A DNA stretch of 10,376 nucleotides from Promethearchaeia archaeon. Lineage in GTDB: Archaea > Asgardarchaeota > Lokiarchaeia > Sigyniarchaeales > SOKP01. Shown here piece after piece: positions 1 through 6,126 of this stretch. Numbering within the stretch: the stretch's first letter is position 1; every line of letters starts with the position of its first letter. Both the position numbers and the translations under genes were made by a program. A model generated the notes under the pieces. That model had not been told where the DNA came from. It saw only the letters and a program-made list of their open reading frames with translations, and ran no database searches. The stretch is taken from the NCBI GenBank assembly GCA_029856155.1, contig JAHQWL010000012.1:1-10376 (forward strand). The letters are read 5' to 3'.

Positions 1-1168
1 GCATTTTAATGAATGACTGATCTATTTTTGACCAATGAGGCATCCCTTCTAAAAATACATTCCATATGGATTTATCCTTATTTCTAGATCTTGATTTAAC
101 TTCTTTTGAAAGAAGGAACCAAAATAAAATTAATTTGTATGAAACACCCGTATCAATTTTTAATCCCATACGTTGAAAACTCCCAAATGCTAGAATCATT
201 AACAAGGCTAAAGAATATCTCATTTGAATTTTATAGGAATGGATTAAATATTGATCTTTTAGTGAATCCCAATTAAGATCATTAAGTAATTGATTACCAG
301 TCTCCTTTATGCTATCCCTTAATTTATTATAATAAAATTCTTTGGTTAAATGTGGTTTTGTTTCAACAAATTGGAATATTCTAAGGGCACCTGCAAGCCT
401 CCATTCCAACCATTCTTGTGAATATTCTTTCGCTTTATTTAGTGCTAACTCTTTATTTGGCCAAATATTTAAAATAATTTTTAATTTTGAATTTATTTCA
501 TCATAATACTTGATATAGTGATCAAAGATTTTAGTGTAGTAGTAGCCAAGAATATCAATATATGTAAAAACTTCTAGTAGATCAATGAATCTATCAATGG
601 TATTTTCATATTTAAGTAGCTTATTGAATTCTGGATCATTAAATAATGAATAAATCCCATAAAAAGTAGATTCTCCAGTATATATTGTTGCAATAATTAA
701 GTGATAGTGAATTAGTTTTCTGATAAGTAATTTCTCGATATCTGAAAGCTCAAAAGATTCAAGTAAATCCATGCTTGATATAAGTTGATAACTATGAAAT
801 GGATGTTCCTTATTATCAATATATCTACCAATATCATGATACATCAAAAGTATGGGGATGATCAACTGATTTTGAGTGTGTTGATTCAGAATTTTTTCTC
901 GGATTTTAGTTATGGATTCTTGTGAAAGAGTTTCGTGAGAGAACATTCCACTTTTTATTAAAAAGAATATTTTAAAAGATCTAAATATATGTCGTATTGT
1001 TCTTTGAATTTCATCTCTATTTTTCTCTTGAGCTTCTTGAAAAATTCTCTTTAAATTTGGGAATATTAACAATAAATTAGCAAATTCATCAGAATTGTCG
1101 ATATTATCTACAGAATCAATCCATGAAAGATCTATACTGTTGAATAAGGCATCCAATGATTCTAACAT
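1..1168 (-). CDS. HD-domain metal-dependent phosphohydrolase-like protein, 3' end outside window (>=389 aa)
   Basis: Not in the ORF track. Manual translation from ATG at 1168 stays open to the window edge: MLESLDALFNSIDLSW...RTIRH(60)IFRS...LLMYH(111)D(112)IGRYIDNKEH(122)PFHS...LIHYH(156)LII...FTYID(205)ILG...SFIKM. The H...HD...H...H...D pattern is that of the HD superfamily. Starts 3 nt after the upstream gene's TAA (1172-1174). Confidence 0.8.
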   Translation of the reverse strand, partial: MLESLDALFNSIDLSWIDSVDNIDNSDEFANLLLIFPNLKRIFQEAQEKNRDEIQRTIRHIFRSFKIFFLIKSGMFSHETLSQESITKIREKILNQHTQNQLIIPILLMYHDIGRYIDNKEHPFHSYQLISSMDLLESFELSDIEKLLIRKLIHYHLIIATIYTGESTFYGIYSLFNDPEFNKLLKYENTIDRFIDLLEVFTYIDILGYYYTKIFDHYIKYYDEINSKLKIILNIWPNKELALNKAKEYSQEWLEWRLAGALRIFQFVETKPHLTKEFYYNKLRDSIKETGNQLLNDLNWDSLKDQYLIHSYKIQMRYSLALLMILAFGSFQRMGLKIDTGVSYKLILFWFLLSKEVKSRSRNKDKSIWNVFLEGMPHWSKIDQSFIKM

Positions 1169-1171
1169 AAT

Positions 1172-2128
1172 TTATCCAATTTTTTTCTCTAATATTTCAA
1201 AAAAAGGTTCTACATCAATATTTCCACCACTTAATATAACCCCAACCTTTTCATTCTCTACTGAAACTTTTTTTGATAATATAGCTGCTAAAGGAACTGC
1301 TCCAGAGGGTTCTACGATTATCTTCATACGTTCCCAAAGAAATCTCATAGCTTCTATAATTTCGATTTCAGAAACAGTTATTACATCATCAACATATTCG
1401 CGGATAATGTTGAAGGTCCTCTCACAAAGAGAAGTACGTAAACCATCTGCTATAGTATCTGGATAAGTACTTGGTATGATATAACCTGCTTTAAGTGATT
1501 TTAAAGCATCATCTGCTAACATAGGTTCAACTCCAATAACCTTAGTATTCGAATGTAATCCTTTAGTAGCAAGAGCAGTTCCACTTAATAAACCTCCTCC
1601 CCCAAGTGGAGTAATAACAATGTCTAGTGTCCCTATTTCTTTAATTAACTCATAAACAGCAGTTCCTTGGCCATTAATTATATTATTGTTATCATAAGGA
1701 TGGATCAGGATAAATTTATGCTTTTTAATTAAATCTTCAGCTGTTTTAGTCCTCGCTTCGAGTGTATTATCACAAAACACGATATGAGCACCATAATTTC
1801 TAGTAGCATTGATTTTATTAATTGGTGCTCCCTTTGGCATAACAATTGTTGCTTTAATACCTAATAATGAGGCAGCGAGCGCGACAGCTTGAGCATGATT
1901 GCCACTGGAATGAGTGATGACTCCCATTTTTTTTTGTCTATCTGAAAGTAAACATAAAGCATTATAAGCCCCTCGAAATTTAAAAGCACCTACTCTTTGG
2001 AAATTCTCACACTTAAAAAAAATATTTGCTTTCAGAAGAAGATTTAAAGTCCGTGAAGTCATAACCGGAGTCTTATTAACAATATTGCCAATTCTATTGT
2101 ATGCTTCTTCTATTCCTTGAAATGACAT
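1172..2128 (-). CDS. PLP-dependent fold-type II serine racemase / serine-threonine dehydratase / threo-3-hydroxyaspartate ammonia-lyase family enzyme (318 aa, no ACT domain)
   Basis: KCENFQRVGAFK(50)FRGA PLP-lysine motif, THSSGNHAQA, HPYD..GQGT, PLGGGGLLSG phosphate loop, TIADG, EPSGA, LSGGN. Confidence 0.92.
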   Translation of the reverse strand: MSFQGIEEAYNRIGNIVNKTPVMTSRTLNLLLKANIFFKCENFQRVGAFKFRGAYNALCLLSDRQKKMGVITHSSGNHAQAVALAASLLGIKATIVMPKGAPINKINATRNYGAHIVFCDNTLEARTKTAEDLIKKHKFILIHPYDNNNIINGQGTAVYELIKEIGTLDIVITPLGGGGLLSGTALATKGLHSNTKVIGVEPMLADDALKSLKAGYIIPSTYPDTIADGLRTSLCERTFNIIREYVDDVITVSEIEIIEAMRFLWERMKIIVEPSGAVPLAAILSKKVSVENEKVGVILSGGNIDVEPFFEILEKKIG

Positions 2129-2198
2129 TTAAAGTTAAATTTTTAATTGAGTTGTTATATCTTTAAAATTGTTTTAGAATTAAAAATATATAGAATAT

Positions 2199-3500
2199 TT
2201 AATACCGTATTGGGGGTTCTTGGCGGAGATGTTTTATTTTACCTTTAAGAATCGGGTCGTCTGTTCGTTTCATCCATTCATATAATTTATTTTTTAATTC
2301 TTTTACAATATCTTTATAGTTGGGATCATCAATTAAGTTATGAATCTCGGTGTGATCCTTTTTTAGATCATAAAGTTCTTCATTAGGTCGAGTTTTCTTA
2401 ATCTGCTCTGACATATATTTTCCAATAGCATCTTGTTGTATATCCATCCCAATTTGATATAGGATTTCTGATTTTTCAAAATTAATTATGTACTTACACT
2501 CTTCAGTTCTAATACTTCGAATAGGGTCATAATATTCATGGAAAGTTTTTTCTGAATATATTTCTTTTCTGAATTTATTAGTTTCACCCTTTAAAAGTGG
2601 CATAAAACTTTTTCCTTCAATATTTTTTGGGATTTTCGCTCCAATTAATTCTAATAAAGTAGGCAACAAATCAATATTACTAATCATTTGATTGTACACC
2701 TTATTATGTTCAAAAATAACTGAACCTGGCCAAGACATTAATAAAAGGGTCTTCAACCCGGGATCATAAAGTGTGCATTTTGCTCTAGGATAAGCTTCTC
2801 CATGGTCAGTAGTATAAATGAATAGAATATTTTCCCTTAAGCCAAGGTCTTCTAATTGCTTAATTATACTTCCAATACAATTGTCAACTCCCTCTATTGC
2901 TCCATAAAATTGAGATAAATCATCCCTTACGATCTTATTATCTGGTAAGTAATGAGGAACTATGACTCCATTTGGATCAACAGGTTCTCCCCAAACTCCG
3001 AAAGGCCGATGTACTTGAGTGACTCCTATACATAAATAGAATGGATTTTCTTCATTCTGATGTGTTTCAAAAAATTTTTGGTAATCTTTATTCATTTTTT
3101 GGCAATTATATAAAGGTTCTGGTCGTCGCTTACTAATTGTATCATAACCTAAACTATAAGCATCAAAAACTTCATGTTGGAACCCCATTAAATGAGTTGT
3201 ATATCCCTGTTCTTTTAGATACATCGGAAGAGTCTTATTTCTTTCCGGTAAAGTCCAACCTCTGTCCACAAGTCCCATAAGTCCATTTTGATGAGGATAA
3301 AGAGATGTTTGAATTCCACCTCTACTTGGACTGCATTGAGGAGCAGTACAAAAATGATTTGTAAATCGTACTCCATTTTCAGCAAGTTTATCTAAATTAG
3401 GAGTGTTAAGAGAATTGGGATTTTGTGGTGAATTATAACATCCAAGAAACTGCCCTTGGTCATGAGTTATAAATAATATGATATTTGGTTTTTCCTTCAT
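2199..3500 (-). CDS. Cys-type formylglycine-dependent sulfatase, N-sulfoglucosamine sulfohydrolase (sulfamidase)-like, 433 aa
   Basis: KPNIILFITHD N-terminus, TPNLDKLA, CSPSR (CxPxR) signature, HRPF, YLPD, TDHG...PRAK.TLYD.G, ELYDL..D..E..NL. No signal peptide. Subfamily is from motif recognition only. Confidence 0.9.
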   Translation of the reverse strand: MKEKPNIILFITHDQGQFLGCYNSPQNPNSLNTPNLDKLAENGVRFTNHFCTAPQCSPSRGGIQTSLYPHQNGLMGLVDRGWTLPERNKTLPMYLKEQGYTTHLMGFQHEVFDAYSLGYDTISKRRPEPLYNCQKMNKDYQKFFETHQNEENPFYLCIGVTQVHRPFGVWGEPVDPNGVIVPHYLPDNKIVRDDLSQFYGAIEGVDNCIGSIIKQLEDLGLRENILFIYTTDHGEAYPRAKCTLYDPGLKTLLLMSWPGSVIFEHNKVYNQMISNIDLLPTLLELIGAKIPKNIEGKSFMPLLKGETNKFRKEIYSEKTFHEYYDPIRSIRTEECKYIINFEKSEILYQIGMDIQQDAIGKYMSEQIKKTRPNEELYDLKKDHTEIHNLIDDPNYKDIVKELKNKLYEWMKRTDDPILKGKIKHLRQEPPIRY

Positions 3501-3518
3501 TAAATCTCGAACAAAAAA

Positions 3519-4499
3519 TTACATTTTAACTAATATTTTAATAAATTTTCTTTCACCAGGTTCCAAAAACAGTTGAAATGTATTTTGAATATCTTTTAAA
3601 GATATTACTTTAGAGATGAATTTATTAGGATGCACTTTATTCTTAGCAAATAAATCGATCGCTGCTAAGATGTCTTCCTTATCGTGTCCAAGACAACCTT
3701 TTATAAAAACTTCTTTATTGATAATTTGAAATGTAGGCAGTGAAATGGTTCCTTTTTGGATACCTTCTATTAAGATGGTACCACCTTTTTGAATTAAATC
3801 AATTCCCATTAAGATTGTATTTTCACTTCCAACGGTGTCAAAGATAAAAGATGGGGGTCCGGATGATTTTAATATTTTTCTTATTTTTGCTTTGCTCGGA
3901 GGTAATGAATCAGTTGCACCTAATTCAATTGCCTTTTCCCTTAAAAATTCATGAGGTTCTATGACAATAACATATTGTGGGTTCCTTTCACTTATTATAG
4001 TGTCAAGAAAAGCTAACCCTATATTTCCACCGCCCATGATTAAAATTTTCTCATTCTCTTTTATTCTTGATGTTTTTATTGCTCGTGTAATGTTTGCAAA
4101 TGATTCAATCATAGCTGCATCTTTAATAGAAGTTCCTTGAGGTATAGAGAAAACACTAGTTCTTCTTACTTTAACATATTCTGCAAATCCACCATTTTCA
4201 AAAATACCTAAACCTCTTAATTCACCTTTACCAACATCAAGTGCTACATTCATAGCTACTATTTTATCTCCAATGCTTAAACCTGATATATTTTCACCAA
4301 TTTCTGCTATTTCCCCTGATATTTCATGTCCCATGATTAATGGTACCTGATACATTTTATATTTAAAATTTGTTAAATCGCTCCCGCATATTCCACAATA
4401 ATTAACTTTTACCAGAGCCTCATCTGGTCCAACAATTGGTTCTGGATAATCTTCTCTATAGACTATTTTTTTAATATCCTCAATAACTGCAGCTCTAAT
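3519..4499 (-). CDS. Zn-dependent medium-chain dehydrogenase/reductase (threonine/sorbitol dehydrogenase-like), 326 aa from a proposed ATT start
   Basis: The track ORF (3519..4355) extends in frame by 48 codons: IRAAVIEDIKKIVYREDYPEPIVGPDEALVKVNYCGICGSDLTNFKYK-MYQVPLIMGHE. Contains CGSD, GHE, GGFAEY, the GGGNIG Rossmann motif and a C-terminal KILV. Family call is firm; the start codon is inferred. Confidence 0.88.
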   Translation of the reverse strand: MRAAVIEDIKKIVYREDYPEPIVGPDEALVKVNYCGICGSDLTNFKYKMYQVPLIMGHEISGEIAEIGENISGLSIGDKIVAMNVALDVGKGELRGLGIFENGGFAEYVKVRRTSVFSIPQGTSIKDAAMIESFANITRAIKTSRIKENEKILIMGGGNIGLAFLDTIISERNPQYVIVIEPHEFLREKAIELGATDSLPPSKAKIRKILKSSGPPSFIFDTVGSENTILMGIDLIQKGGTILIEGIQKGTISLPTFQIINKEVFIKGCLGHDKEDILAAIDLFAKNKVHPNKFISKVISLKDIQNTFQLFLEPGERKFIKILVKM

Positions 4500-4506
4500 A
4501 GAATAA

Positions 4507-4514
4507 TCAACTCC
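4507..4514 (-). promoter_or_regulatory. Shine-Dalgarno-like site GGAGTTGA for the MDR gene
   Basis: One mismatch to the archaeal consensus GGAGGTGA, 7 nt upstream of the ATT at 4499. Confidence 0.65.
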
Positions 4515-4570
4515 AATTAGCTTTTATATTATTTCATTTATTTAAGAAAAATAATATATTTTATGTAATT

Positions 4571-4598
4571 TTGAAATAAAAATATAAAAAAAATGAAA
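4571..4598 (-). terminator. Putative archaeal-type oligo(T) terminator after the crotonase gene
   Basis: Minus strand after the TGA reads TTTCA-T8-ATA-T5-ATTTC (T8 at 4586-4593). AT-rich background lowers the significance. Confidence 0.4.
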
Positions 4599-5345
4599 TC
4601 AAATCCCTAATAACGAGCTCATGCTTTTTAAGATTGTGTCAATTTCAGTATCAAAGGTTTTAACTTGATTGAAGAAAATATTGTTTACTTGAAGTAATTG
4701 CTTTACTACATATTCAGGTGATTGAATGATCTGTTTTGCCAAGTTAATTGCCTCATTCAATACTTCCCCTTTCTCAACCAACTTATTAATGATATTCAAC
4801 CGATATGCTTCCTCCGCGGTAAGAAAAGTCTCTTGAGTTCCTGTATTTAATGTAATTTCTAGAGCTTTTCCACGCCCCATAAGAGTCATATAGGGAAAGA
4901 AGAGAGGGCATGCACCAAATCTTATCTCAGGGTGACCAAAAAGGGATCCCTTTGAAGCAACCCGAAGATGACATATAACAGTTAAATCAAAAGCTCCCGC
5001 AAGAGCATATCCATTCACAGCAGCAATTAATAACTTAGGAAATTCAAATATTGTCTGATGAAAAAGATGATTGGAATCGATAAATTGTTGATAGTCTCCT
5101 TTTCCTTGTACTACTGCTTGTACCTCATCTCTATCAAACCCAGCAGAAAAAAGTTCTTCTCCTCCATAGAATATTACTGCTTTTACTCTTTTTTCTTCTT
5201 TAAGAGAATTTAAAGCGTCAATAATTTCTGCTCTCATCGCTTCACTTAAGGCATTTTTCTTTTCAAGGCGATCAAACTTAATTATGGAGATTTTGCCTTT
5301 CTTCTCTACTTTAATATATTGATATTGTTTTTCCATTTTTTCCAA
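4599..5345 (-). CDS. Enoyl-CoA hydratase/isomerase (crotonase) family protein (245-248 aa)
   Basis: KKNALS, FSAGFD oxyanion-hole motif, IAAVNGYALAGAFDL, FGHPEIRFG, AEEAYRLNIINKLV. Start is TTG at 5345 or, more likely, ATG at 5336. Confidence 0.9.
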   Translation of the reverse strand: MEKMEKQYQYIKVEKKGKISIIKFDRLEKKNALSEAMRAEIIDALNSLKEEKRVKAVIFYGGEELFSAGFDRDEVQAVVQGKGDYQQFIDSNHLFHQTIFEFPKLLIAAVNGYALAGAFDLTVICHLRVASKGSLFGHPEIRFGACPLFFPYMTLMGRGKALEITLNTGTQETFLTAEEAYRLNIINKLVEKGEVLNEAINLAKQIIQSPEYVVKQLLQVNNIFFNQVKTFDTEIDTILKSMSSLLGI

Positions 5346-5458
5346 CTCATGAAAATTTCATACAAATTATTTAAGATTTAGATATATTACTTTAAATTTC
5401 TTTGATCAATAACAATTAGCATAAAAAATATTTTAGAGATAAACTTAAAATTATAATT

Positions 5459-5701
5459 ATGAGACCACCTATTTGTAGAATATGTGATAAGAATTTAGTA
5501 GATAAGGATGACGGAGGATTGATATATTTTAAAAAACGCCCTTCTGATAAAGAATGGGAAAATAGAATGGAAGAAATTGGAGGCGTAGGACATCCACCCT
5601 ATGCAGAATGGTTCTGTAAAAATCATTATGAAAGAGCAAAGGAGCTAAAACATTTACCTATCAACGAAGCAATAAAAATCTTAATGTCTGAAAGGCCCTA
5701 A
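5459..5701 (+). CDS. Small hypothetical protein with CxxC...CxxH putative metal (Zn) site, 80 aa
   Basis: ATG start; fills an otherwise empty gap; C6-x2-C9, GHPP, WFC53-x2-H56; protein-like composition. The last 21 nt overlap the convergent mvhD. Confidence 0.75.
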   Translation: MRPPICRICDKNLVDKDDGGLIYFKKRPSDKEWENRMEEIGGVGHPPYAEWFCKNHYERAKELKHLPINEAIKILMSERP

Positions 5702-6115
5702 TTCTTTAATTTGATTAGTGAATTCTGTAATTACCTCAGCAAATCGTTTTCCTTCAGATGCGCTTACCCATTCTAACCGTACCCGCTTAGGATCCACTCC
5801 CAATTGTTTAATTAATATCGAATGTAACCTTTCGAATCTTTCTTGAGTGTATTCATTTCCAGTAATATAATGACAATCGCCTATATGACATCCACTTACA
5901 AGGACACCATCAGCTCCATTTTTTAAAGCTTTTAATACAAATGCAGGATCTACTCGTCCAGAGCACATAACCCTTATAATTCGGATATTGGGAGGATATT
6001 GAAATCGTGAAACTCCTGCTAGATCTGCTCCTGCATAGCTACACCAATTACAACAAAAAACCAAAATGCGTGGTTCAAATTCTTCCCATTTTGCTTTCTT
6101 TTTCGACTTTGCCAT
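5681..6115 (-). CDS. mvhD: MvhD/FlxD-type [2Fe-2S] hydrogenase/heterodisulfide reductase electron-transfer subunit (144 aa)
   Basis: FCCNWCSYAGADLAG, RVMCSGRVDP, GADGV, GCHIGDCHY, WVSASEG. Start moved from the track's GTG (6124) to ATG 6115, because that GTG is part of an AGGTGA RBS 5 nt upstream of the ATG. Confidence 0.95.
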   Translation of the reverse strand: MAKSKKKAKWEEFEPRILVFCCNWCSYAGADLAGVSRFQYPPNIRIIRVMCSGRVDPAFVLKALKNGADGVLVSGCHIGDCHYITGNEYTQERFERLHSILIKQLGVDPKRVRLEWVSASEGKRFAEVITEFTNQIKELGPFRH

Positions 6116-6120
6116 GATTA

Positions 6121-6126
6121 TCACCT
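6121..6126 (-). promoter_or_regulatory. Shine-Dalgarno AGGTGA for mvhD, overlapping the hdrA TAG stop
   Basis: Minus strand reads TTA-TAG-GTGA-TAATC-ATG. Confidence 0.75.

Noticed and set aside
1095-1466. 123-aa plus-strand ORF
   Set aside because: Antisense shadow of two well-supported minus-strand genes; Ser/Ile-rich with no motifs.
2129-2198. TATA-like TTTAAA/ATATAA elements upstream of the PLP enzyme (similar ones in 5346-5458)
   Set aside because: Promoters probably lie here, but the AT content makes any specific box unsupportable without transcription start data.
4527-4601. TGA stop of the crotonase as a possible Sec/readthrough codon, or a SECIS element in the intergenic DNA
   Set aside because: The protein is a plausible full length at this TGA, downstream DNA is almost pure A/T, and no stable hairpin is evident.
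5349-5361. Inverted repeat ATGAAA-A-TTTCAT just upstream of the crotonase start (possible operator)
   Set aside because: Only 6-bp arms in very AT-rich DNA, with no second copy noticed; compatible with chance.
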